A program made the position numbers and the translations under genes. The notes under the pieces are model-generated. The model was not told the DNA's origin, made no database searches, and worked only from the letters and a program-made list of their open reading frames with translations. A stretch of 64,000 nt of DNA from Obrimoposthia wandeli (Eukaryota): the NCBI GenBank assembly GCA_977020255.1, contig CDROCS010001301.1:124001-188000 (forward strand). Reading direction: 5' to 3'. Positions 34,701 through 48,600 of the stretch are shown here, one piece after another. The stretch's first letter is position 1; each line of letters starts with the position of its first letter.

Positions 34701-36663
34701 AACATTCTTTGAATGGTTGTATTAGTATTCGGATGTCTGCAGATTATTTAAATATATCTCTGTTCATAAGTCATTCGTTATTTACAGGTGTCTCAACAAT
34801 GTGACATATGTAAATTAGACGGTGCCATATGAAACTTTTGTATAAATAACTTTATAGGGATAGTCTTTTACCTTGATTACGAGTTAGTTTAGAGTTTACT
34901 GCTTTAATTACTATTTCCATAAGAAATATTCAACTTCAAATGTGGCACAATTTAACAAAAAATTATAGACTATTTGAATATTGTATCAGTATGTCATACA
35001 AAAATTATAGATTAAAATATATATGATAATGGCAATTTTATCAATGTACGTATTTGACAATAAAATTTATACAACAAATTAATATTGTATTTTTGCACCA
35101 AAAACAGGTTTTCAAAGTTGGAGATGTACAATTGACGTACTTTTGTTACATTAAGGCATGAAATAATTTAAAAAATTCTTTAAGCTATTATTTCAATAGA
35201 TTTCGTAAAAATTATAAAAAATGTTAATAAATCAGATTGAATAATTTTTTAATAAATTCATCCCACATCATCAGTTCTACTAACCAAAATTGGCACATTA
35301 AACATTCATATTAAATTTATCTAAAAATTCTAAAATAAGACTTGAAAAATTAGAAAAAAAAATCAAGTCGACAAAATAAAATTTATTAAAAGTTATTTCT
35401 CAATTTTTCTTCCAGGAAATAATATTTTCGTACAAGTATTGGCGGGGATCAAATGCAGTAGCTAGTTGAGACAACTTTCATTATAGTAAGTTGAATTACT
35501 TTTAAAATTTCAAAATTTCTAAATTAGATATTTTTATATTAGTTTAAAAATTGAGTGACGCCGCCAACATTTTGATTACCAACTTTTGGAGGTGGTAACG
35601 AGTGGCATATAACGTGAATCTAGAGCTAAAAAAAGTCTAGTTTGACTAATATTATTTCCCAAAGGAGACTGATGACGATCTTAAAAAAAAGAAGAATCAA
35701 CAAAGTTATGAGGAAGTTGAAATAAGAGCTCCGTCATGAAAGATAATAAGTACGAGTTCAAAATGGCAATGTATCTCAATAATACATATAATAAATTCGA
35801 TGAATAGCATTATAAATGTTATTTTAAGTCAGGAATTAATTTAATTTTTATGCCATTCTATTGCCAAAGAGATGAACGGCTTTTTGTTGTTGCTGTTTTC
35901 CAGCGTTAAGCAAGTCGCATACCAGATTGTTTTCGTGGGTAACCATATGTATGTACAAATTAAAATTATGACTTCATTTTATACGGCATAATGCACTTTC
36001 CTAAGTAGCTACTGTGATTAGTCATTATAGCCAAAATAGTTCAAAATAGAAATTAAACTTACGCGAATGTCAGCACATTGCAATTTGCTGGTACAATTAA
36101 TCAAATTTGATTCCATTAAAGGCAAAATATTGAATCTATGTCGAAATAACTATTGACAAAATCAACTATTGACACTCGTTGTAACTTACTAAATTGAATC
36201 TAGAAAGTTACTAGATAAATTACGGATTAATAGTTAAACTTACTCTACAAAAAGTCACTCGGAAATTGATCCAATTGTAACTTTACTCTAAAAGTTTCAA
36301 AGCTTCAAAAATGAAAAAAATGAGTGTTAATTAAATAAACTATTTTTCTTAAAGGAGGTTAACAAGTTATTTAAATTTAAATTCAAGATAAAATGCACTA
36401 TTCAACCTAATAAGTAGTTAACATTTTAAAGATAAAATTATTTTCATTGGTTGTATAAAGAGAGTTTGTAAATCTTTAAATTACAAAATACAAAACTAAT
36501 AGTTAGACGTTTTCTGAAAAAGTAAAGTTAGTGATTTTGTAAATAGTTTTTCCGACATAGATTCTATATTTGTACAATATAATTTTTTATAAAAACCCTT
36601 TTCAACGAACATAATATTTAGCACAGTGAAAATTCTGTTTTCCGCAATATTTATATGTTTTCT

Positions 36664-39600
36664 ATGTTCAGACATTTGCAAAGGGTAAACCTTTTTGTAT
36701 TCATACTCTGTAATTGCCACCAGATCAAATACGTTGTTATACGTAGTTTAATCCACAGTCACTATCCAGATATTCCTATACATGACGGTAACTTTACGAA
36801 ATACAATCTGGAGTTAATGGATAAACATTCTGATTGTACATACCTGGTAAGTGGTTTATTTGCGACTTGTTCATTTCATTGATATACAACAGTATAAATA
36901 TTTCGCCTCCCACGGAAATTATTTCGTAGATTTGTGGAGAATTTGTTGAGTAATCTGAAAGGTGAAAATAGAGTAACTGATTTATTGCAAAATATCGACG
37001 GAGATGGTTATAAAGTGTCAACTAAGCTCCATAATTTGCACTCACATCTGGATTTCCTCAGACGAAACAACAATTCGATGGTCAGTGGGAAGTTTTGATA
37101 ATGGAAGATTACATCTGAAGTATTGATTGAGACCGTGACTGCGAGAGTCCTGACAAACGTAGGAATGGTTCCAGTATCCATAGTTGATGGTTCTGTGTTT
37201 GTTATTATACATTAAATCTTTACCAGCAATAATTTTGATTTGATTTAATTTCTTTGTTTTCAATTGAGTTACGATAAAATTTATCACAATATGGAAATGC
37301 GCTTGAGCCGATTTTCTGTGAAATTTGCTATAAACGCAGAAGAAAACCACAGACCCAAAATTTGTTACACGGCAAAGATTTATGGGACCCATTGCAGATT
37401 GACGCTGACACAGGACGACGATACAGCTTCCAGGAGATCGCTTCAAGAATACGAAGACTGTCCCGATATCTGCGCACTGAATGCGATATTCGGCCAAATG
37501 ACCCTGTGGCGGTTATTGCGCGTAACTCCGTGGACTACATAACCGTTGTCATGGCAGCCATTGGTTGTGATGGAGTTGCAGTTCCTGTGAATCCAATGCT
37601 GACGGCGTGTGAGTCTCCTCCTTGTGTAATCCTCCCCTAAATAACTTGATTTCGATGTACTGGAGAAATCTGTGAGAAAGATACCCTTAACCTGGATTGC
37701 AATGTATCAGTTTATCAAAATATTTCCCAGACGAAGTGGGGAGTCTCCTGCAGATTGTGAAGCCGGCGATCGTGTTCGGCAACTCCGCAAATCTCCAGGT
37801 GATGCGGAAAGGTCTCAATGAAGACTCTGTCAAGGTGAGTTCAGCCTCCACCTCGAATATACACACTACAGTTTAATTTCTCCCCATACACAAAGAAATC
37901 TTGATTTGTGGTGTATTTGACTTTGGTGAATGAACTAGTGAAGAAAATTTGATTTCCCCGAAGGGTAATCACAGTTTAGACGAACCCAACCCTACAAGAC
38001 AAAAGTAGAATTATTATACAAGTTACAATGTTTAGAATTGACTACCACATGAGACAGCAGAAGGTGGCAAGCCAGAGGTGCACCAAGAAAGATAGATATT
38101 TCGACAGGTTACTAGTTTACAAGTTAAGCACTTGGCATAGTCATGTCATGAGCAGTTATACCTGGAATGGTGCCAGGCCTCTGCACTGTGCTCGATGCAG
38201 GTCCACATATGGTCACCAAGGAAGATTGTGGTGGAGAAGCTGACGAAACTGTCTTTCATAATGCGTGTAGAAAAAGAAATGTCTAACAGTACACGCTGAA
38301 AGTTTAAGCAGATTTATAGCTTTGTTCGATAGGTTTTTGTCTGTTTCATTTTATTTTACCTTTTAAATGACATCCCAACATTCTTGGCAACAATTTGAAA
38401 CTCGAATGTTAACAATAGATCTGTCAAAAGAGGTCTGGCACACTATTGCTATTTAGTATTGCTAGAAGTATCTGTCATACCAATGGAAACCGAGAAATAA
38501 GTTAAAAAGACGTTAGGAGAAGGCACTGTTAGGTTGAGTACATTCAGAAATTGGAGAAACAAATTTGACGACGGCCTTTTGAGGGCGATCAGAATCGAGC
38601 ACAAATTTCAATCGATACTTGATAGTGACAAGCACGCAACAGCAATGCAGCAAGCTCAGGAATTATATAGACCCGGCAACAGTGAGATGCAATTGGAAAA
38701 TGTGCGGGTCCCTCATAAACCTCACACGGCAAGTGTGGGTCAGCAACAGTTGGGGAAGCTAGGGTTTACTATCGAGTGATTTCTACCGCTTTCCCCCTAT
38801 CACACTGGCCGTAAGAGGCAAGAATGTCGCGAGTGTCAAGGACACAATGAAGATAGCACAAGATTGGGTACACTCCACAAAGTCGGATTTCTACCAAAAT
38901 GGATTTTTGAAACTTCCAAGTTGTTGGAACAAGTGCTTACACTATCAAGGAGAATATTTTAGCATTTGGTGTGATAATGATGAAATTCAGGAATAAATGT
39001 TATTTTTGTATTTGTTCCGCTTTGAGAAACGGTTAGAAATGATAATGGAGAAACATGAAAAAAGATGTAAGGAGATATTTTAAGTGCACTTTGCCAATTT
39101 GTGTTGGCAGCTCTCACTTTGACTTTGGCCGTGATCTTTGGTCTACTGAATGATAACTAAGTTATTTATAGAACACACATTGAATAATTGATTGAACCAT
39201 ACACAGTTCAATGTACGTTGAACTATCGTAGATTATTTATATAAAACGATGCGGCAAAATAAGAACACAATATAAGGGAGAATCCTTTTTTATTTCAACC
39301 TCCAAGTCCTTTATCCATTAAACATGTTCAATATATAAATCCCTAAATACAACCTTGAACTCGAAATTTTACAGTGTGTCACATGTTTTTAGCGTCTCTC
39401 AAATTTAAGGTCTAAGGGTCAATTCACAAAAATATGATAATTTAGTAGTTTTAGTATGCCATGTAATTTAAGCCACGCTCGTATATGATGCAAATTGTCA
39501 ATCATTCTCTTATCAAATCACGGTATTCCAAAGGGTAGCAATTGAAGTTGTACTCCTGAGCTTGAATTGTAATTTCCAATACTTAATCGCTTGTCAAAAG

Positions 39601-42600
39601 GTTCCAAAACCCAGACGACTAACGTTGCTTCAACCCGTAGCAGCACTCAGTGTTGACACAAAGAAGATGTAAGTGCTCCAACTGATGTTGTAAACAGACA
39701 TGTGAGGTAATTGAGTTTATGGATTAAGATGGTAAAAGCTGGAGTTTCAGTTGATGAAATATTGTTTGAAAGCAAAGACTTTGGCAGTCTGGCTATGATG
39801 TTAGTGGGGATAATGAACATGTTGCACACAAATACTGCACACAAAAACCACAAACTGGACTCCAAGCAATCGTATTCTTATTACTTGTACATGTAGCTGC
39901 ATTCAATCATACATGCATTCATTTACATTCAATCTAACTATAATTTATTCAACGAAAACTCTTTTTTAATTTACTTATAGTCTAAATTACACTTGCATTC
40001 AATCAAACTCTCGACACTCTTATTTTTTCAATTACGTTCACTTGCTAAGACTCTTACTAGTATTTGCATTCATACTTGCATTCATTTACATTCAATCTAA
40101 CTATAATTTATTCAACGAACACTCTATTTTAATTTACTTATAGTCTAAATTACACTTGCATTCAATCAAACTCTCGACACTCTTATTTTTTCAATTACAT
40201 TCACTTGCTAAGACTCTTACTAGTATTTGCATTCATACTTGCATTCATTTACATTCAATCTAACTATAATTTATTCAACGAAAACTATATTTTAATTTAC
40301 TTATAGTCTAAATTACACTTGCATTCAATCAAACTCTCGACACTCTTATTTTTTCAAATACATTCACTTGCTAAGGCTCTTACTAGTATTTGCATTCACT
40401 TGCATTCATACTTGTATTAATTCATACATTCGATAATTAATTTTATGTGTTTTTACAAGACATTTTAATTATTTTAGAAAGTCAAATAATAAATAGAATA
40501 CTAAGTTGATAATCGAATATATACATAATTTGATTTATTTACATATAAAACAATATTATTAAAGATTTGATATTCGAATTTATAGACAAAGCTTTCAGTA
40601 GCTTTGAATAACATGTGTTTTCAAATGAATTTCAATATTCGATACAAATTTAAAAAATGTAAGTTTTTTTTTTAATGTGTTAAAGATAATTTCGAATATT
40701 TAAAGTGTAAATCGAATAATGTTAATACTCAAATTATATAAATAAACATTTCTTTAACCAAGTTCTTTAAAAATAAAGAATTCAAATTTATCAGTTTAAA
40801 TAAAAATCAATTAAGGAATGTTATTAGATAAGGAATTTTTAATTATTTATGTGTGTGAATTGATCATTATAACATGTGAAAGTTATGTGACAGAAAACAC
40901 ACACATGGCAATTTACATATTAATTATTATAATATAAACATATTATTAATGCTATTCATTGGTTGCTAGTATTAATTTGAAAATTACAAATTAATAATAG
41001 CAAATGATTTCTCTTTATATATATATATATATATAAATTACAATCATAAAATAATGTAATTTTAAAATTAATAAATGTTTAAGATATTTAACTTAGAATT
41101 ATAATAATTAGGTTTGTAAATACATTTGTTTAAATCAGGGGTTTCCAAACCTTTTGTCAATACGCGTCCCTTTTTAAAAGATGTGAACCTGATGCCTCCC
41201 TTTTATTACATCATACAATATAAATTTTTTTGAATGATAATATATATAAAAAAAATAGTATGTTTGATGGAATAATAACAAAGTTTTAAGTAAGGCTTAA
41301 AGTATGCATGACATAATTTAAGTTATTTTAAAAAAATTTAAAGAAAATTTGATTTAAATTTTCACATAAAATGGTGAGTGTAAATTACGTAAAACATTCC
41401 TTAACTGATAAGAGTGAACTTTAACTTTCATATAGAATAATTAATTAAAATATGTGTTTGGTACTTTAATATTTTATTTAAAACTTGTTAAATTAAAATT
41501 TTTTAACTTTAATAATATCTAACAATTTAAATTGGCGCAAATTTAAATGATTATTTTGAATAAAACAAAATTAGAAGTATTTTTATTTTTTCTACCAGGA
41601 ATTGTTTAATTACATTAATAAAATGGATAAAAATTTCCGTAAATTTAAATATTTATGAAAAAATAATAATAATACTGTTAGTAAAGTAATTTGAGTTTAT
41701 TAACATTTTCCTTAATATTTATTTTAAATAATGTTATTTTAATATTTCAAAAAACCTGTTAAATTAAAATTTGTTTAATTAAATCAATAAAAACCATAAA
41801 AAATTTGGCACAAATTTAAATTTAAAAATATATTATTTTTTAAAATTACACGTATTTATATTCTTCACCAGGACCTCTTATAGTATGCATGACCTTAAGG
41901 GTATCTTTGAACTCAATTTTCATAGGCAAATACAACCATGTAATAAAATTATCATATTTGTTCCAAATCTTACCCTTAACTTGTGGACGACCATAAAATT
42001 TTTACATGATTAAACTCGTAATATGTTGTCAAATACAACCATCTACTTGAAAGTATGAAATTCCTATTTTTTTAAACCCTTCATCTATGACAACCATACA
42101 ATTATGGATGAATTCGTCTTCTAAAGATGATTCCAACCATTTATTCAAACCTTGATATTTTAAACTTGATTTTGTCTTTAGCCTGACCCCTTCATCTATG
42201 ACCGACCATGACCCTTTATATGTGTTGGTCAACTATAGATGGTCATGGTCATACCTTCAAACCTTCAAGTCAAAACTGAGTTCGACCCTTTCATATATGG
42301 TCGGTCACAACCCTTTAGATGTGTTGGTCAACTATATATGGTCATGGTCATACCTTCAAATCTTAAAGTCCAAACTGAGTCCGACCCTTTCATCTATGGA
42401 TGACCACAACCCTTTAGGTATGTTGGTCAACCATAGATGGTCACGATCATACCTTCAAACCTTCATAACCTTTCTGAGCCAGACCCTTATGGTGTGGCAA
42501 GACACCCCAATGGTGAGTCAACAAATACCGTTATGGTGTGACACCCTTTAACATGGTGTGCGCACACAAGGGGGGACCCACCCGAAAGTGGTCTAGACTC

Positions 42601-45600
42601 CATCAAAGTACCTACTTTGGACTGGTGAGCTAAATATATAATTTAGTTCTACAATATTATGTCTGAATGAATCGCATGTATGACAAAGAAATGATCATGT
42701 TCATGAGAATCTAGAAAGACATGTGGCAACGAGTCTCTGTATTATTTAAATGCGTTATTGTGCGGGATTATCAGATCACTTAATGAACTATTTATCATCA
42801 GTATGACATTATCTCGGTTAATTTCCCTTGATCAACAGCTTTAAAACGTTTCCCTAAAATAACTAAATCGCGCTTGCCATTACCGTAGAAAAATTCCTCG
42901 CCATTATTCCGCATCGTTCATTTTGTGATTTAACACACCAATTTACTTTTTTCACTCCAATATTATCGACAAATCAGTGCGAACCACTTCTCATCAGATC
43001 ACACGATTTAAACCGTGCTTCGTGCTTTATAGTCATTTTTACTTCAACAATTGGGCAACTTCTGATACATTAAATTTGATAATTCTGTTTCTTTCACGTT
43101 TGGAAATTATTTTGGTCCACCAGAAAATCTTTTGATACCAAACTTCGCAGAGTGCTACAGACAACTTCACGCAACTTGGAATTTTTCATTAAACAAAAAG
43201 CATAGCTGCCTTCCGGATTTCACTAAAATCGTTGTTTAGTGTGTCTACTTTTTAAAAATATGTTTTTCCTATTTTCATAATCAAAATTTCTAAAAGGTCG
43301 AATAAGTATGTTACAAATAACTAACTTGAATTTTACACAATACAAGCTATTTATTCCGCAGACTAATATTGTAGGCAATAATTGAAATGATAAAATTCCC
43401 ATGATACACTGACGAAATTCAGCTAAAATAGTTAATTGAAATGTTGAATAGAAAAAGTAGTGGTCAAATAATAATGTTACAGACCTGAAAGATTCTCAAA
43501 ATGTCTTCATGAGAATCCCTCTTATCTTCTAGCACACAAATGTACACACCAACCTCATGCACACAAGAAGTGTAAAGTGTCGGTTCTAAAACAATAGAAC
43601 ACAAAGCCCCCCCGAATTCGCTTAGTCATACAGATGTGCTTTGTTCCTTGTGCCTTGTTCGGGGGGGGGGGGCTTTGTTTTCTATATTTTTAGAACCGAC
43701 ACTTTACGTTTTGAAATTTGATTGGTCTTATGTGTCATTTACGATTATGTAGGTTAATATTCTGTAAACATTAAGTATATAGTTCTAAAATTCAAAAATT
43801 TAAAATTAAAAAATTAAATATGGAAATTAAAAAATTAAATATGGAAATTAAAAAATTAAATATTAATTTACAAATTTACAAATTAAAATTTTAAAAATAA
43901 AATTTTGAAATTAAACACAATTGACCGTCTAAAGTTTTTATTTGCAACTATTTAATTTACTTAGTACTGCGACCTCATTCCAGGAGTTAGACTGCCCCGC
44001 ATAACCGGACAGCTATCGCAGTTTTTATCTTAAGAAACGTTATTGTTTATAGTAGGAGTCTATGTTTATACATGATTATATAATGAAGAAAGCAAAGTAA
44101 CATAGATAAATATATATTAGCACAATTATAAGTGAACTTGTCCATCAGTAATTTTCCAGATTGGTTTATGAAGACTTGTACAGTTGATTTTGTATCCCTG
44201 TATTGAAATGACGATCATCCACTTGAGTCCAGTTCCTATATTGTCAACATTAAAGTCGTGATCTCGCTTGAAGAGATTAGGATCAGCTCGAATTATTATA
44301 TGATTCCCAACTATAATGTTGATATGCATCGACGCGAAAGTTGTGTTAAGATCATCAATATCTGACGGATTTAATCTATGTATCTTGAAATCGTATTTTG
44401 ACTTATTCAGAGCCACCGGAAACATGAATCCATATATGATTGGAGTCTTCAAAAAATTCATTTGCCAGTTATAAAACATAACCGGCTTGGTGTACTTCAA
44501 ATCGTTAGACTCAAATATTACACCTGATGGTCTATTGTTGATGAACGGTTTCTTATGTTTAGGTGTAGAAACTATATCATCAATAAAGAGATCCTCATTT
44601 GTTGCTTGCTTCTCAATCTTGATAGTCTTGGATTGTTTGTTGTTGCTTGTCATAGTTTGCTTCTTTGGTTTTGATATTAAAACTACATCATCATCGGTAT
44701 CCGCATCTGTGACTGTAAGCCTTGTTGGTGGCTTCTCGAACTTAAGAGATTTAGTTTGTTTAGAGTTCATATCAAAATAATGAATTCTATACCAAAAGTG
44801 GTAGCTTATATATATCATTATACTCGATTCTGATTGGTTAATCTTTAGCTTAAAAATTTTATATATAGATTGGGTTATTTCCATTAATTCAATCATGAAT
44901 CTTGCAAATATTAATTATAAAGGTAAAGTTAAAGGAAACATCAGTCAATTACCCTTCAAAGCCGGGAAACCATGTCAGTACGTGTACAGGTGTAAGGATT
45001 ATACCCTTATAATCTTCCGTTCAGGTATGTTTTTATGTTAGTTAGTTAGTTAATTATTATTATTATTAGGAGCATGCAGGATAATGGGTTGCAAGAAACC
45101 TATTACTACAACTATGCTCAAGTGTCCATTTAGAATAAAGATTGATCGTATTCAATCAGTAACGGTTACTGTCGATTTAGGTAAGAAGGTGAACCTATAC
45201 AAGTTGTCTCAAAAGCGTGGAGCTGCATGCATGTTCGAACCTGAATTGTTTCCTGCTTTGAGGTTTACAAAACACAATCCTCTGTGCGTCAACATATTTG
45301 CAAGCGGGAAAGTGGTCATACTCGGTCTCAAGGATTTGGATTATAACTTTGATGTGACTTTGATAATAACTGATATTTTACTTTTTATATAAACAATAAA
45401 TTTTAGTTGAATTTTTATTCTTACATGATTTGAAAATGCTAGTTGATTATATACTTCATTATACAACTGTTGATGATGTTTTAGTTAGACGAAAAGTAGA
45501 TTATTCTAGAATGAAAGTTTTACACTGGAAATATAGACGTGAAAGGGAAAGATTAAGATAATTAATTATAAATTTTAAAGGGAAACAATCTGTAAATGAT

Positions 45601-48600
45601 TTAGCTAAAGCCGGATTTTATAAACATGATGATGATTCAACCGATAAAGTAAAATGTATATACTGCCAAGGTGCGTTATCCGAATGGGAATGGTATCTTA
45701 AACCAATGAAGTAACATATGAAATTTTTTCCTACATGTCCATTTCTTTTAAAGTTAAATGTTTCAAATGTACCAATAATTGAAACTATGGACAAGAAAAT
45801 TGATTTTGATACATCACCATTGATTGGAAAAGTATATGTATCAGATATTGATATAAAATTACCTGATATATGCTATTCAAAATGTTTAGGACCCTATAAT
45901 GAGGCTAATGTTATTGAGAAAATCGAAACAGATTGTATAATTGAATATCCTTTGACTATAGAGAAATTCGATATGTTGATGGATACAAACCAAATCAGAT
46001 ATTTGAAAATGTTTTTCACAAAAGATTGTTTGCACCCATGTCTATAGAGATATCAAACGGAATAAGGATTTTGAAAAATTCATTCAAATTAATCGTTCAA
46101 ACATGATGTATATAACCTTTTCTGTGTCAATTTTTAATTCTCTGTTGTTGTATATATTAATAAAACGTATATAAACAATCGTTTCTTTTGATTTATTATT
46201 ATTGATGATGATAAAACTTAAAAATAACGCGGTTTACCAAATAGTAGGACCTAGTGGGAGTGGGAAAACACATTTTGTAACTAAATTACTTCAAAATAAA
46301 AACATGTTTAATCAAAAGTTTGGTAGAATATACTGGCATTACGGAGGTGTAGTGGAATCTGGTCTAACACGAACAGAATTAGGTAAATTGAAGGGTATTC
46401 ATTTTATTAATGATGTTGATAATAAATGGTCTGAGAGGTTAAATTCAGGAGATGTCATTGTAATTGATGACTTGTATGATGAAGCGAATAAAGAGTCGGG
46501 TTTTAATAACCTGTTTACCAAAATAGCTAGACATAGAAATGTTACAGTGATTTTTATCACTAAAAATCTCTTTCATCAAGGCGGTCAACACCGTACTCGG
46601 AATTTAAATGTACATTATCTAGTATTATTTAAAAATCCGCGAGTTCAAACGGTTATCGACTTTGTTGCCCGTCAAGCTTTCCCTTGCAATAAGCAATATT
46701 TGATTGACGCATTTCAAGATGCTACAACTAACCCTCATGGATACTTGTTTTTAGATTTTACACAGGAATGTCCAGACGATTTACGCGTGAGAACCGATAT
46801 TTTCAATAATGATTTTGTATATAAACAAAAGAAAAGCCTATCTACATGTTAATCATGTCATTTATGAAAGAAACAATGCCTAGTGGAGTTGGACCTAAAT
46901 GGAGACCGGGCGATAAATTACACGCTAATGATAACAAATTGATGCTAAAGAAGAATGCTCATATTAAAAATCTTATTAAATCAGTGCTTCAGCGTAAAGT
47001 AGTCGATGAATCATTAAAGAAATCGGTCAAGACAGTAAAGAGAAAACCTATAAAAAAGAAACCATTAAAGAAGAAGAAGAAACCTGTTAAGAAAACAGTT
47101 GGAAAGTCGGTTAAAAAGTCATTAAATATGTTATCAAAATCTATACTTCCCTACTTTCAGGCTTTAATCAAGGCTCCAAGAATATATAGATCACGTATTC
47201 TCAAGTCATTTCCACCCTTTGTTATTGATAAGTTGGTTGAAGTGTTGTTTAATATTACATAAGGTACTGTAAAAATCGGTAATCATAAACATAACCTTAG
47301 AAAACATCAAAAAGCTTTACTTGATTTAGTGAATACTAAAAGTAAAACTGGTAAACGTAGAGTAATTCTAAAACAAAAAGGTGGTTTTATCGGTGCATTA
47401 ATACCTATAATTGCTACTTTGATTGCAAAATTGATAAACCCATAAACAAAATAGGTAATAACATACCCAACATCGATTTTAAATTCACTTGTTGTAATGG
47501 AAACGATATGGTACGATCCCGAAAACTCAGCTGGGTACAGCGGCATTGGCAAACTATCATTAAAAAGTCAATCGAGTCAAAAGAAAACTCAGAAATGGCT
47601 GAGCAATCAGCTAGCATACAGTCTAAACAAGCCAATGAAGCGGAAGTTCCCGACTCGAGCATACAGAACAAGCGGTCCTAACGATTTATGGCAGGCCGAT
47701 TTGATGGAAATTATACCATATGCAAGTATCAATGATGGTAACGAGTATATTTTAACATGTATTGACGTGTTTACAAGGTATGCGCGTGCATTACCTGTAA
47801 AATCTAAATCAGGTAAGGATATAGAGGCTGCTCTAAGTATAATGATTGATAAAACTGTCCCCATACATGTGCAAACCGATAAGGGTAAAGAGTTTAACAA
47901 CAAAAATGTAGGTAGTTTATTTAAAAAATAAAATATTGTACATTACTCTGTAGTTTCACAATTCAAAGCTGCAGCAGTTGAAAGGTTTAATAGAACATTG
48001 AGAGATCGATTAAAAAGACATTTTATTGCACAAGGTAATAAAAGATGGGTTGAAGTTTTACCAAAAGTAATGACTTCATACAATCACAGTAAGCATAGAG
48101 GTTTAGACGGATTGAGACCTGTCGATATTAATGATAAAAATGCAATGGAAATTTGGCTGAGTCGTAATCAAGTCGATAAAGTTAATAAACCCAAACATAA
48201 GACTGGTGATTATGTTCGGATATCAAAGTTTAGTGGTAGCCCCTTTATTAAAAACTTTGATCAGAATTGGAGTGATGAGGTGTTTAGGATAGAGAAAATA
48301 GACAAACGTGCAAATCCTGTAATGTACTCTATAGTTGATGATGACTGTAATGTAATAACAAGGAAATTGTATGAACCTGAATTACAAGTAATTGATAAAC
48401 CTACACTTTTCCGTATCCAAGAAGTCGTACAATCTAAAGGCCGCGGTAAGAATAAACAATATCTCGTAAAGTGGCATGGATATTCTGAATCAACATGGAT
48501 CAAAGCAAGCCAGATAGAGACTTCTATATGATTTTACCGAGTAATAGTTATCCGAAAACTCAACCTAATAATATGGCTTCATTATTCACTGTAGATTGGG

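Noticed and set aside
41136-41160. hAT-type end CAGGGGTTTCCAAACC
   Set aside because: No partner TIR or TSD found.
42198-42551. Repetitive ORFs 42198-42551 and 20071-20268
   Set aside because: They arise from the 99-bp subterminal repeats (a multiple of 3); no protein motif.
42190-42616. This terminus as the left end of Polinton C
   Set aside because: It is oriented as the right end of an element lying to its left, and 1.5 kb of unrelated DNA separates it from C.
44771-44896. N-terminal extension of ORF 44126-44896
   Set aside because: It runs across the CCAAT-containing divergent promoter and overlaps the TBP-like ATG; the D homolog starts downstream of the equivalent CCAAT box, so 44770 is preferred.
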